From Chiloscyllium plagiosum (taxonomy: Eukaryota): a stretch of DNA of 42,014 nt. This document shows positions 11,718 to 24,721 of this stretch, one piece after another (position 1 is the first letter of the stretch; each line of letters begins with the position of its first letter). The stretch is taken from positions 1 through 42,014 of the forward strand of contig NW_025214343.1 of assembly GCF_004010195.1 (NCBI RefSeq). The letters run 5' to 3'. Made by a program: the position numbers and the translations under genes. The notes beneath the pieces were generated by a model. That model did not search any database, was not told where the DNA came from, and worked only from the letters and a program-made list of their open reading frames with translations.

Positions 11718-12335
11718 TATAGAGCCATAGAGATTTACAGCACAGAAACAGTCCCTTCGGTTCAACGCATCCATGCTGACCAGATATCTTAAACCTAATC
11801 TAGACCAATTTGCCAGCACTTTGCCCATATCCCACTAAACCCTTCCTATTCATATACCCATCCAGATGCCTTTCAAATGCTGTAATTGGATCAGCCTCCA
11901 CCACTTTCTCTGACAGCTCATTCCATTCATACACCACCTTCTGCATGATAAAGTTGTCCCTTAGGTCTCTTTTATATCTTTCCCCTCTCACTCTAAACCT
12001 ATACTCTACACTCCAGGGAAACGAACGTGACTATTTACTCTATCCATGCCCCTCATGATTTATAAGCCTCCATAAGTTCACCCCTCAGCCTCAGACTCTC
12101 CAGGGAAAGCAGCCCCAGCCTATTCAGCCTCTCCTATAGTTCAAATTCTCCAACTCTGACAACATCTTCGTAATTTTTTTCTGAATCCTTTCAAGTGTCA
12201 CGATATCCTTACAATAGGAAGGAGATCAGAATTGTATGCAATATTCCAAAAGTGGCCTAACCATGCCCTGTACAGCTGCAACATGACCTGCCAATTTCTA
12301 TACTCAATACTATGACCAATAAAAGAAAGCATAAC
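11718..12335 (-). mobile_element. CR1 LINE 3' fragment
   Basis: RGERYKRDLRDNF..WNEL..KVVEA..FERHLDGYM; tail atagagccatagag. Confidence 0.9.
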
Positions 12336-12420
12336 TTAGCTTGAATTGTTTGTCTGTTTGTCTGCATGTATTCTCTCTGACCCACTGAGCAGGTCCACAG
12401 TTTTCTGCATTTTTATTAAC

Positions 12421-12637
12421 ATAGAACATAGAACATAGAACATAGAAGAATACAGCGCAGTACAGGCCCTTTGGCCCTCGATGTTGCGCCGATCCAAGCC
12501 CACCTAACCTATACTAACCCACTATCCTCCATATACCTATCCAATGCCCGCTTAAATGCCCATAAAGAGGGAGAGTCCACCACTGCTACTGGCAGGGCAT
12601 TCCATGAACATACGACTCGCTGAGTGAAGAACCTAAC
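12421..12637 (-). mobile_element. CR1 LINE 3' end with (atagaac)n tail, running into a gap
   Basis: atagaac repeated about 3.5 times, then tacagcgcagtacaggccctttggccctcgatg, as at 1626. Confidence 0.88.
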
Positions 12638-13550
12638 NNNNNNNNNNNNNNNNNNNNNNNNNNNNNNNNNNNNNNNNNNNNNNNNNNNNNNNNNNNNNNN
12701 NNNNNNNNNNNNNNNNNNNNNNNNNNNNNNNNNNNNNNNNNNNNNNNNNNNNNNNNNNNNNNNNNNNNNNNNNNNNNNNNNNNNNNNNNNNNNNNNNNNN
12801 NNNNNNNNNNNNNNNNNNNNNNNNNNNNNNNNNNNNNNNNNNNNNNNNNNNNNNNNNNNNNNNNNNNNNNNNNNNNNNNNNNNNNNNNNNNNNNNNNNNN
12901 NNNNNNNNNNNNNNNNNNNNNNNNNNNNNNNNNNNNNNNNNNNNNNNNNNNNNNNNNNNNNNNNNNNNNNNNNNNNNNNNNNNNNNNNNNNNNNNNNNNN
13001 NNNNNNNNNNNNNNNNNNNNNNNNNNNNNNNNNNNNNNNNNNNNNNNNNNNNNNNNNNNNNNNNNNNNNNNNNNNNNNNNNNNNNNNNNNNNNNNNNNNN
13101 NNNNNNNNNNNNNNNNNNNNNNNNNNNNNNNNNNNNNNNNNNNNNNNNNNNNNNNNNNNNNNNNNNNNNNNNNNNNNNNNNNNNNNNNNNNNNNNNNNNN
13201 NNNNNNNNNNNNNNNNNNNNNNNNNNNNNNNNNNNNNNNNNNNNNNNNNNNNNNNNNNNNNNNNNNNNNNNNNNNNNNNNNNNNNNNNNNNNNNNNNNNN
13301 NNNNNNNNNNNNNNNNNNNNNNNNNNNNNNNNNNNNNNNNNNNNNNNNNNNNNNNNNNNNNNNNNNNNNNNNNNNNNNNNNNNNNNNNNNNNNNNNNNNN
13401 NNNNNNNNNNNNNNNNNNNNNNNNNNNNNNNNNNNNNNNNNNNNNNNNNNNNNNNNNNNNNNNNNNNNNNNNNNNNNNNNNNNNNNNNNNNNNNNNNNNN
13501 NNNNNNNNNNNNNNNNNNNNNNNNNNNNNNNNNNNNNNNNNNNNNNNNNN
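12638..13550. other. Assembly gap
   Basis: N run. Confidence 0.99.
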
Positions 13551-13671
13551 ATGTCACTTTACTCCTCGTCAGTCTCCACAGTCACTGTGTTCTATTCATT
13601 TCTGTTTCTTAGCCCATTAAAAATACATACTATGTCTAACCCTTGAATCCCGATAAACAGGTCACTTTTTT

Positions 13672-13913
13672 TTGGATTACTTACAGTATGGAAACAGGCC
13701 CTTCGGCCCAACAAGTCGACATCGAACTTCCGAAGAGTAACCCCCCACGACCCATTCCCCTACCCTCTATTCATCCCTGACACTGTGGGCAGTTTAGTAT
13801 GGCAATTTCACCTAACCAGCATATCTTTAGACTGTGGGAGGAAACCGTAGCACCCGAAGGAAACCCACGCAGACACGGGGACAATGTGCAAACGCCACAC
13901 AGACAGTTGCCTA
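13672..13913 (-). mobile_element. HE1-like SINE (5'-truncated)
   Basis: Reverse complement of the tail and V-core (gactgtgggaggaaaccg..aaacccacgcagacacgggg). Confidence 0.88.
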
Positions 13914-14831
13914 AAACTGTTCAGTAAACAAAACATTTTCTTTTTGGCTAAGGCTACAACAAATCTAAAAAAGTAAAGGCATACAAACTGTGCAATAAGA
14001 TGTTTCCACCTTTGCAAACACATTATTGAATTACATTGTGTAAACGATAATTAACTGATAAAAGATATAAGAGTATAATCCAGCGAAATACGTAGCACAG
14101 CGAGAGAATAACAAGCGATTACATTCAAACATGAAGATTATGGACTAACATTTATTGTGTCCAGAAAGAAGATGGTGATTTTGTGAAAAAATTCATTTTC
14201 CCCATGACATGTAATTCCCAGTAGTTCACGTACCAATGTGGAGACCCCATGTAGGTTGAGAGGGAGCTCCAGGCTCTGAATGAATTCTCACCGTCTCAAT
14301 GTGCAGTTGATTGTGTCTCTGCACTGTTCATAAATCTATCAGCAGCTTTAATGCCTTACTCCTGAAATAGTTCGCCATTCTCACCAGCTTCTGACCTCTA
14401 TAGGAGTGCAATAATGTCTTCTGGGAGATAGAAGGCATTTCCTTGAGACTTGGCACAAACCATTCACTTTTCTCTCTCACGTTCAGCAAACCAAGTTAAA
14501 GTGACACATGTGTACCGTGAGCAAAGGAACCAGGAGGAACAACATAGAGCAGTCTATCTGTGTAGACTCTGCTTCACTCTTTGTCATGTTGGGGCATCAA
14601 AGACATCTTCCTATTTATGCACAAGTGGTTCGATAGGCTGAATGGCCACCTCCTGGTCAACTGGAAGCAGCTCAAGGACCTGACTTGGCGACTCCGTTCC
14701 TGTTTAACAACTCGATGTGCTGACTACACTCCTTCCCTCCTTATGTCATAGGCAGGAGGGTCTGAATGGGCTACCCTATTCTTATCCAATAGTTTCAATT
14801 GATTGAATGTCGTCCGTGTATTCTGTTGAAA

Positions 14832-14930
14832 CCACGTTTCGGGCAGAAGCTTATGCTCAGAAACGGCGATTCTCCTGCTCCTCGGATGCTGCCTGATCTG
14901 TTGTGCTTTTACAGCGCTACACTCTCGAGT
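14832..14930 (+). mobile_element. Penelope terminal fragment
   Basis: acgtttcgggc..gcttatgctcagaaacggcgattctcctgctcctcggatgctgcctga. Confidence 0.75.
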
Positions 14931-15564
14931 CTTCAGTCACTGAATGGTCTCCTCTGTTTCTGAGCACCAGGTTATCGGAGTAAATGAACTCCAAATGCTC
15001 CTGTCTTGCAGTTTTGAGGAACTGAATGGAACATAGGGACGTTGGACTGAGGAGTAGGAGTGCGTCATTAGACACTTTAAGCCTTCTCAACTAGGCAGTA
15101 AGGTCGTGGCTGATCTGGATGTGTTCTCAGCCCCACTTCCATATCTGTAGTTCATTGTCATTTACTGTCCAATATCTAAATGCTTTGACTAAATGCAAAC
15201 ACACAGGCACCACAAACTTCTGGGGAAGAGCATTCCCACTCAAACAACCCTTTGTGAAATTCTCCTCATCCGTGTTCAGACTGGGGTTGGACTGACCACT
15301 GTTTCATTTTCTAGTCCCGTTCCTCCATTGATCATGATAAATTTTAAATGTAACCAGGTTGATGATATGACCAATGATATAGATTACAGACTATAACAGG
15401 TGCTTTGCTGGGGACAAGTCAGCTCGATATCTTACATTTGCAAAAAATAATTCACCAAAGCAAAGTTACTCAAAGCTAAGATGGAAAAATAAAGTGCAAA
15501 TAGTTTGGACAAATATGTACATTAATATTTATCTTTGAATGCATTCTGAGATGCAGTCCGTGCA

Positions 15565-15900
15565 TACACACAGACACACACACTAAGACATACACAGTGG
15601 GAGAGAGGGAGAGCGGGAGAGAGGGAGAGAGGGAGAGATGAGAGAGTGAGAGCGCATGACAGCGTGAGAGCGGGAGATCTCCCCCTGTCCCTCTCTCCCG
15701 CTCTCACGCTCTCACGCTTTCCCGCTTTCTCCATATTCCATCTCCCCCGCTCTCCCGATCTTCCGATCTCCCGCTCTCCCGATCTCCCGCTCTCACTCTC
15801 TCCCACTTTTCCACTCTCTCCTTCTCTCCAGCTCTCCTGCACTCCCGCTCTCCCTCTCTCTCTCTCCCGCTATCCCTCTCTCCCGCTCTCTCCCTCTCTC
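15565..15900. repeat. CA tract, then GA-rich tract, then complementary CT-rich tract (ctcccgct-like 8-mers)
   Basis: gagagcgggaga tract (15598-15678) followed by a tctcccgctctc tract (15679-15900). Confidence 0.85.
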
Positions 15901-16739
15901 AGGATGAAACGTTTGCAACAAAAACTTCCAGCTCGGCGAACAGAACCACAACATAATTAAATGTTATTCTGCCTCTGAGGTTGTTCTGCTCAGATTTATT
16001 TCTGGAACAGTCGGATTCGGCTGAATTACCTTTGATTTTAGGCAGTAGTGAGATGCCAATGATTCCTTAACAGTAATCCTACATGAATGATAAAGATGCC
16101 TGAACGGTTTTCACCTCTCATACATTGCTGCGAGAAGGAACAGGAAAGAGAGGGACCAATAAGCAGTGGCTTCTCCAGCATGTTGCATTTTCTCCATATG
16201 ACCTTGAAGCCAATGTCAATTATAAACACCAATTTGCTTCTCCAATGTACTTTCAGGAAGTGAATCTCCCGTGTTTTTCTGGTTTGGCCTGAAAGTGACT
16301 CCAGACACACAGATATGTGATATACTCTTCAATGGTCTCTGAAATGACCAAGCAAAACACTCAATTGTGTCAAACTGCTCTTAAAGGATAAAGCTGGTCA
16401 GAACACCCGGCACCAGCTTCTGCATCAGAAAAGGGAAATACAGGCCTGGTAACCCTGCAGAGACCTCCTTCCTAACATCTGAGAGCTTGTGACAACATTG
16501 ATAGTGCTTATCTACAGACTACGGAGAAACATTGGGAAAGGAGAAGGTCATTCAACGCAGTGAGCCTCCCGCGTTCTTATCATGGCCCGAGAAACTCCTC
16601 AATGCATTTCTCCCAGAGCAGAGTGAGATATGTTGCAATTGATTCCATCAACCAAATGTTTAAGGTGTTTGCGAATAGCTGAGACCCAAGGACATAATCC
16701 TGAGATACTCCACGAACCTTTATCTCCAATAAAAGGATC

Positions 16740-17446
16740 CTTTTATTCCTGTTTTTCCGGTCCAGGGGCTCCTTTGTTGACCTGCTTTCTATTTCTTATT
16801 TTCTCCTCCTTTCTTTTTGTAATTTACTGACCTCAAGCTGGACCCAGGGTTTGGAACTCAAGCTAAGCCCAATGCGGAGGAGAGTGAGCCCTCACTTACT
16901 TTTCTGGAGCAAGCACATGACCTGGAATTGGCAGCTGAAATATCAGCAGAGTCAACCTGAGTGAGATAGGGCCCAGCAGCAAAAGGCGATGCCTGAAGAT
17001 TGGAGACTTGTTGTTGGTTGGGTCCTGCACTGGTTGTGTGAAGCGGATAGTGGACGGCCATGATGCTAACATCGATGAGGTGGGCCCAGCAGTAAGAGAC
17101 ATGGCTCTGACATTGGAATGGCCTGGCAGAGGAGACAATGAGCTGGTGATGGAGGAGTATCTGTCCAGTGGGAAAGATGGTGCCTGAGGATCAGCAACTT
17201 CGATGTTGCTGGGGTCTGGTGTAGATGGGGTTGAAGCTGTCATGAAATGTTGGGTTGCAAGGGTGGTCGATGATGACGAGCTGTCTCTCAACCCATAAAT
17301 TATCTTCAGGCTGTATCCTCTGTTTATTCTATTGTCTTCAATTATCCAAAATTGCACCATTTTGTGGCAACAAGTGAAAGCATTTCACTGTATTTTATTG
17401 TATTTATCCTGGAAAATACACCTGTTCATAAAATCAAAATCAAAAA
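16740..17446 (+). repeat. Unclassified interspersed repeat with a LINE-like 3' tail
   Basis: T-rich head, GC-richer body, ending tttcactgtattt..ataaaatcaaaatcaaaa; family not identified. Confidence 0.35.
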
Positions 17447-17579
17447 CTTTTACTCACTCTTTCCTGCCAGCTGTCCCATTCTGTAACCATGTCCAAATAT
17501 TTGCCACAATCCCATAAGATATGATTTTGAACACTGGGTTTGGGACTTCAGCAAAAATCTTTCTGGAAATCCCCCTCGT

Positions 17580-19190
17580 AATATTTTCCTTGTGAATCAC
17601 CTCTCCCTCAGCCTTCTCTGCTCCAAAGTAAACAACCCGAGCTTATCCAGCCTCTCTCCATAGCTGACATGCTCCATCCCAGGGACCATCCCGGTGAATC
17701 TCCTCTGCACCCCTCCACTACAATCACATCCTTCCTGCAATATGTCTCCCAGAACTACGTACAGTGTTCCAACATGGCCTAACCATAGACTTGTATAGCT
17801 CTGACAATCTATACGTCGGTGAATGAAGGCTCTGCCTACGGTTGCCTCTGCCTTGTTAACTAACGTATTAACTTCAGCAAAAAGTATATTGCTGGAAAAG
17901 CACAGCAGATCATCCAGCTTCTGAGAATCAGGAAAGTCGACTTTTTGAGAATATGCTTTTCACCAGGAATGTGGTCACCAATCCTGATAAAAAGATTATG
18001 CTCGAAACATCGACTCTTGAATGCTGCCTGACTGACTGTGCTTTACCAGAACTCCACTTCTTGATTCTGATCTCAAACATCTGCAGTCCTCATTTTTTCC
18101 CTAACCTATTACCCTGTACCGTCACATTCAGGGATCTGTGGAGGAACGCCCTCTCAGCTTCTTAGTGTGCTGCAATTCATTGTATACCCCCATTTCTTCA
18201 ACACATGTTTATCAGGGTTATATTCCATCTGACCATCTGACCATTCCATCTGTATCTTCCTGTAACATAAGGCCTTCCTCCTCACTGCCACCNNNNNNNN
18301 NNNNNNNNNNNNNNNNNNNNNNNNNNNNNNNNNNNNNNNNNNNNNNNNNNNNNNNNNNNNNNNNNNNNNNNNNNNNNNNNNNNNNNNNNNNNNNNNNNNN
18401 NNNNNNNNNNNNNNNNNNNNNNNNNNNNNNNNNNNNNNNNNNNNNNNNNNNNNNNNNNNNNNNNNNNNNNNNNNNNNNNNNNNNNNNNNNNNNNNNNNNN
18501 NNNNNNNNNNNNNNNNNNNNNNNNNNNNNNNNNNNNNNNNNNNNNNNNNNNNNNNNNNNNNNNNNNNNNNNNNNNNNNNNNNNNNNNNNNNNNNNNNNNN
18601 NNNNNNNNNNNNNNNNNNGATTAACAGTCAGGCTATTTGCACCATCATTTCTGTAAAGTGGGACCATATTCGTTGTTCTCCAGTCATCTGGCAACTCCAA
18701 CTTCCCTGTAGCCAGATTCGACTTAAAAATTTGTGTCAGCGCCTTTTCTCCTTTGTCTCAACAGCAGCCTGCAATGCAACTTATCCAGACATGGCAATCA
18801 GTCCAATTTTATACCAGCCAAAGCCTCCAATCCCTGCTCCCATCTTATATCAGTCTGTTCAAGAGCTTCCCAACCCATCTTTTTGAATTCTGTCCCTGCA
18901 TCTTCCTTCTCCAAGTAAAACAGATATGGAGCTTTCATGTAACAATCGATCAATGTTCTCCAGCTTCACACACAGAGTGCTCCTTGGTCTCTAATGGTCC
19001 CTAGTTGTGTCCTGGTTATTTTGTTCTGATTGATAAACGGGGATAACATTTTGGGACTCTCCCTAACCTTGCCTGGCAACACGTCTCCATCCCCCTTTGT
19101 CAGTCCGTCTCTCTGTGTGAACTTTCTAAGCTTCACTGCGATCTCCTTTAATTTTGGCAATCACTGGAGAACACAAATTGAGTTTCTCCA
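17580..19190 (-). mobile_element. Old CR1 LINE fragments (spanning the gap 18293-18618), with a Penelope-terminus hairpin at about 17880-18100
   Basis: EEEGLMLQEDTDGMVRW and ELPDDWRTTNMVPLY; inverted arms gctggaaaagcacagcag / ctgtgctttaccag. Confidence 0.75.
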
Positions 19191-20110
19191 TCAGTTAATC
19201 TTGTCTCTAATAAGATTGGCATGAAAGTAACTGTTTAGTTTCTCTGTAATTTCCAAGTTCTCTGCAAGAAATTATCTCGTGTGGATATTCCCCATTCCAC
19301 ACATGCCCTTGCCTTCACTTTCCCATCAAGTATCGAGAGAAACGTTTGGTCATTCTAATGTTTCTTTTTAGTTTGATTCTTTTTTTAAATTTCATTATCA
19401 GTTCATTGGCCCTCAAATGTCTCTGAATCCATGACTTACAACAATATCTGAAATCTTTCTGAGCTGCTTCCTTTGATCTAATGCAATCTTTCACTTCTTT
19501 TGTGAACTATTGTTAAATCAGCTTACCCCTTTGCTGTTTGAACTGTGGTGGACATGTGTGCATTGTACATTTTAAAGTGTTTATTTAAACAACAACCATT
19601 GTCTGTCTTCCAGTAAATCTTTTTCATGTACTTCTCCAATTCACTGCAACTGATTTGCGCCTCATACTTTCGTGAATTGCATGACTTAGGTTGATAACTA
19701 CAATTTCAAAAACAACTGTTTTGTATTCAGCCGTCATATAAAATTCAATATATTGTTATTACTATTCCCGAAACCTCCTTTTCAACAGGGTTTGCAATTG
19801 GCTCTTCTGATCACATAGCATCAATTTCAAAACAGCCTCACCTCTACTTCAGTGATCAACATACTGTTAAAGGAAACCATCTCAAATACGTTAATGAAAT
19901 CCATTTTCTCAGTATCATTATTCACGTGGATTACCACAGTTTAGATGTAGCTTGAAACTGTTTGGTATTATTGCAGTACCAACAAACCTGGGTATCTTAT
20001 TTCCTGTTATATAACATACCCAACATTTGTATTGCAACTTTCACTTTGACATATAACTTCCATCAATCTTTGCTTCTCCTTGCTGTTTCCAAGCTTCACC
20101 TTACTAGATT
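19190..20110 (-). mobile_element. Highly decayed CR1 endonuclease-region fragment
   Basis: Remnants of the LDLVLCN and GNSDHN motifs around 19740-19840. Confidence 0.5.
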
Positions 20111-20354
20111 GTGTGGAATCTGAGTGATGTGGCCTCTTGGGAGATCAATGGTAGGTTCAGGTGAGATATTTGGTGAAGGCTATTTGGACGTTGAGATAAT
20201 CTCGTCACATTATTCATTCTTCTCAAATGTTATTATGACATTTTCACCAGATCTCCCGTTATGCTGGTGGGGTAGAGAAGGGCAATGATCGTTCAACAAT
20301 GCTATGCATTCCCCCAGACAGCTGAGCGTGCTCTAACCTGGCTGGGATCCTTAC

Positions 20355-20590
20355 AGCAGACTGGTAAAGTGTTGCTGTTACTGTACAGGGTCATAATCAG
20401 ATTACATCTAGAGTAGTGTGCACAGACTTAGTCTCCTCACTGAAGAAAGGATATTGCTATATTGGAAGCAGATCAGAAATGCTTCCTCCATCTGATTCCT
20501 GCAATGAAGAGGTTAACTTACATGGAAAGGATCATCAGGTTGATCCAATACGCAGTAGAGTTTGCAAGAATGAAAAGTGGCCTTATTTTT
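20355..20590 (+). mobile_element. CR1 ORF2 C-terminal fragment
   Basis: ctgtacagggtc..tacatctagagtagtgtgcacag..aaggatattgctatattggaagcag (LY..RPHLEYC..KDI..LE-like). Confidence 0.7.
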
Positions 20591-20639
20591 GAATAGAACA
20601 CCAGAAAGAGTCAGCAACAGAAATCAATTACATAGCCAA

Positions 20640-21375
20640 TTCCACTTCTCCAGCCTGTAACACCGGAACAGCAGAAGGGTATTCAGGACTTCGATCCTGT
20701 TACACCAGAACAGGACGAGTTTATTCAGCCCCTGAATCCTGATATACAGTTACAGGAGGAGGCCAATCCGCCCCTCGAGTCTATAACACTGCACGCAGAG
20801 AGGGCCATGAGGCATCAGTATACTTTTATGCAGCAACAGGATCAGTCTATTCAGCCTCCTCAAGTCTCTAACACAGGAACTGGAAGAGATTGGTACACTA
20901 GAATAACAGGAGGCCACTCAGGACGAGAATTAAAGAAGGAGACCAAATTATTTGAGACATGTTATGGAAGGTTGGAGGTAATTCATCCATGAGTCTGTTG
21001 TACGGGAACAGGAGGAGACAAATCACTCCTTCAATCCCATTTCAGGGATGTAGGAGGTGATTGTTCAGTATCTTGAGCCTGTTGTGAAGGAATATGAAGA
21101 GACCTTTGAGCCCCTCAAAATGTTGCACAGCAACAGGAAGATTCCACAATCTCTCAGGCTTCTGACATATTATCAGGAGGAGGAGAAGCAGATCTTGAAT
21201 CTGTAAATCAGGACATTCCGACTATCGAGACTATAATGTAGGAACACCATGGGAACATTCAGCCCATTGAGCGTATGAACCAGGAACTGAGTGAATCCAT
21301 TCAGACACTCATGTCTATTACACAGCGATTGGAGCATATCTTTTAAAGCTTTGAACCTGTTAGAGAGGAACACGG
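20640..21375 (+). repeat. Degenerate 42-bp minisatellite (consensus about ggaacaggaggaggccattcagcccctcgagcctgttacaca)
   Basis: Recurring cctgttacac..gaacagga..attcagccc at 42-bp spacing, e.g. 20645-20810. Confidence 0.8.
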
Positions 21376-21894
21376 TAAAGGGAACGTAGAGTGTATAGAA
21401 AAGTTAGGAATTAGGATAATCATCTTCACTTGTCAATAAAAGGTCGTGAGCATTCTGTTGGGAATTAAGATAAATTGTGAGACTCCATTATTAATTAATT
21501 AATAACAAGAGATTTGCAAAGTAAAACCAGTATACACCAGAATCAGCATTTTTTAAAGATGATTATTTGTTTGCTCGAATTCTTTAAAGGTGTAACATGC
21601 AAAGTAGACGATGGGGATCCTGGAGAAGTAAAGTACCTGGACTTTGGAAAGGCATTGATTAAACGCTGCACAAAATATTAAGCTGTAAAATAGGACATGG
21701 GTTTGGGAGGAGGTAATTCGCCTGGATAGAGGGCTGGTGAGCCAACAAAATGCAGAGACATGGAATAGTTGTTTCGTTAGTGTTTGGCAACTTTTGGGAT
21801 TCCATAGAGTTCAGACCACATGACCCAACAATTTACCACCCATTGTATTACTTGGGTGAGAGGAGAGAAAACACTACAGCCACATTTTCAGCTG

Positions 21895-23147
21895 ACACTA
21901 AAACAAGTGGAAACCAAAGGGGTAGCCATGGGCACACGTATGGGCCCCAGCTATACCTGCCTCTTTGTTGGCTACGTAGAACAGTTGATCTCCCGTAATT
22001 ACACCGGCACCACTCCCACCTCTTCCTCCGTTACATTGATGACTGCATTGGCGTCACCTCGTACTCCCNNNNNNNNNNNNNNNNNNNNNNNNNNNNNNNN
22101 NNNNNNNNNNNNNNNNNNNNNNNNNNNNNNNNNNNNNNNNNNNNNNNNNNNNNNNNNNNNNNNNNNNNNNNNNNNNNNNNNNNNNNNNNNNNNNNNNNNN
22201 NNNNNNNNNNNNNNNNNNNNNNNNNNNNNNNNNNNNNNNNNNNNNNNNNNNNNNNNNNNNNNNNNNNNNNNNNNNNNNNNNNNNNNNNNNNNNNNNNNNN
22301 NNNNNNNNNNNNNNNNNNNNNNNNNNNNNNNNNNNNCCACGCCCCCCTACGACCCCCCCTCCCATCCTGGCACTTTCCCCTGCCACCGCAGGAACTGTAA
22401 AACCTGTGCCCACACCTCCTCCCTCACCTCTATCCAAGGCCCTAAAGGAGCCTTCCACATCCATCAAAGTTTTATCTGCACATCCACTAATATCATTTAT
22501 TGTATCCGTTGCTCCCGATGCGGTCTCCTCGACATTGGGGAGACTGGGCGCCTCCTAGCAGAGCGCTTTAGGGAACATCTCCGAGACACCCGCACCAATC
22601 AACCAAACCGCCCCGTGACCCAACATTTCAACTCCCCCTCCCATTCTGCCGAGGACATTGAGGTGCTGGGCCTCCTTCACTGCCGCACCCTCACCACAAG
22701 ACGCCTGGAGGAAGAACGCCTCATCTTCTGCCTCGGAACACTTCAACCCCAGGGCATCAATGTGGACTTCAACAGCTTCCTCATTTCCCCTTCCACCGCC
22801 TCATCCGAGTTTCAAACTTCCAGCTCAGCACTGTCCCCTTGACTTGTCCGGACTTGTCCGACCTGCCTAGTTCCTTTCCCACCTATCCACTCCACCCTCT
22901 CCTCCCTGACCTATCACCTTCATCTCCTCCCCCACTCACCCATTGTACTCTATGCTACTCTCTCCCCACCCCACGCTCCCCTAGCTTATCTCTCCACGCT
23001 TCAGGCTCTCTGCCTTTATTCCTGATGAAGGGCTTTTGCCCGAAACGTCGATTTCGCTGCGCGTTGGATGCTGCCTGAATTGCTGTGCTCTTCCAGCACC
23101 ACTGATCCAGAATCTGGTTTCCAGCATCTGCAGTTATTGTTTTTACC
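21895..23147 (+). mobile_element. Penelope-like retroelement (RT + GIY-YIG endonuclease + terminal repeat); internal gap 22069-22336
   Basis: KGVAMGTRMGPSYTCLFVGYVEQ (RT); CHRRNCKTC linker; FICTSTNIIYCIRCSRCGLLDIGETGRLLAERFREH..HFN..EEERLIFCLGTLQPQGIN (GIY-YIG). Confidence 0.93.
23015..23055 (+). ncRNA. Minimal type I hammerhead ribozyme motif in the Penelope terminus
   Basis: attc-CTGATGA-agggc tttt gccc-GAAAC-GTC-gatt: intact core boxes, stem II and GUC site; stem I is weak in this copy. Confidence 0.72.
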
Positions 23148-24059
23148 AAGTGGAAAAGTAGGTTGATATAATGAATTGTCGAAAAATTGCAAATGGGCAT
23201 GAACAGTTGAGATGAATGTGCCAACATCTGGCGGCTAAAATTTAACGTGGATAATATGGGATTAAACATTTTGATCAGAGGAATCCAACATGTTATGGAA
23301 ATGGAGAGAAACTTCAGAGTCCTTACTTGCAGAGGCATCTCATATGCAGGTACAGCAGGGAATGGGAAAAGCAAGTGCAATTTCAGAATTTACTTGTAAA
23401 AGAATAGATTATAAAGGGAGGGAAGAATTACTGCAATTCTGCAAGGTATTATGGAGACTGTAACTGACATACTGTGTTCATGTTTGTTGCCCTGACTGCA
23501 GGAGGGATGTTGTTACAAAGAAGGCAGTTCAGAATAATTACTTTAGATTGATTCCAGAGATGAATTTGTCTTTTGAAGCGAGTTCGTGCAGATCAGGCCA
23601 ATGCACTCTAGGTTCAGAAGAATGTGAGGAGACCTCATTGAGGCCTGGAGGATGTTAAAGGTGATTGACAATGTCAGTGTGGAGTGGAAATTTCCTCATC
23701 TGGGACAAACTAGAACAGGAGATCATAGTTTTAGGGTTAGGCAGAGCAGATTTAAAACAGGCGTGAGGGAAACTTACTTCTCTCAATGGGTTGTGAATCT
23801 GTGCAGCTCTCTATCCCAGTGTGCAGGGGATGCTGGGACATTGAGTAAATGAAGGAGTTTGGAGAGCAGGCAGGGGAATGGACCTGAGCCGGCGATTACA
23901 TCAGCCATGATTGTATTCAATGGTGGAACAGACTTGAGGGGCTGCATTGTTCCTCGTTCTTATTCAATCCTTCGACTGTGCTCCACAGGAACGGGGGAGG
24001 ACTGGTAATCTATCAGGAAGCAGGCAATCCAGATAAATCAGTCTTAACCAGTTTGACAG

Positions 24060-24375
24060 AACGTAACGAGTGGAGTCACACAGTGACCAGTGCTGGGTCC
24101 TCAACTGTTTACAATCGATATCAATGATCAGGACGGTAGAACAGATGTATTGCTACTAAGTTTGGTATTGACACTGAGGTAAACAAGACATTAAACTATC
24201 AAGAGAATGTGGAGAGTCTTCAAATTGATATGGACAGGTAAAGTCAATGAATAATACTTTGCCAAGTGGAATATAACGGAATGTATAACTTGCCAGCTTT
24301 TTTCTGGAAGAATGGAAGGCAGTATGTTACTGAAATGGAGATGGATTACTCAATATAGAGATACAGTGTGTTCTG
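24060..24375 (+). mobile_element. CR1 RT fragment
   Basis: agtggagtcacacag..cagtgctgggtcctcaactgtttacaatc..aagtttgg..gacac (SGVPQGSVLGPQLF..KFADDT remnant). Confidence 0.7.
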
Positions 24376-24721
24376 GAGGGTGTACTCTAACCCATTCAGA
24401 CATGGGAAGTGTTGCTCGATCTCCCTGATGGTCTGCTCCCTGACTGCTTCTGAAATAAGATGCAGTGGCTGCTGCCGGGACAGTGAGTATTCACCAACAT
24501 GATGTACTGTGCATGTGCACTCTGTAACATTAATGGAGTGAGAGCTCCTTCAGTTGCTCGAGCTCTTCTCATTAACATGGGAAGCCCACAGAGACATGTA
24601 CATCATTGGGAATCCTGCAATACTGAGAAAGCATGGATACACCTGGCAACTCTCTGCTGAGAGAGAAAACATTCACGTCATCCACAATATATACCCACCA
24701 TCACCAATTGATGTTGAGATT

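Larger units (their letters stand above)
21420..23975 (+). mobile_element. Old CR1 LINE (RT to 3' end) interrupted by a Penelope element
   Basis: 21560-21750 LLEFF..VD.G..YLDF.KA-like; resumes at 23150 and runs through TRTGDHSFRVR..FKT..RETYFSQWVVNL to the tail gacttgaggggctg. Confidence 0.75.
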
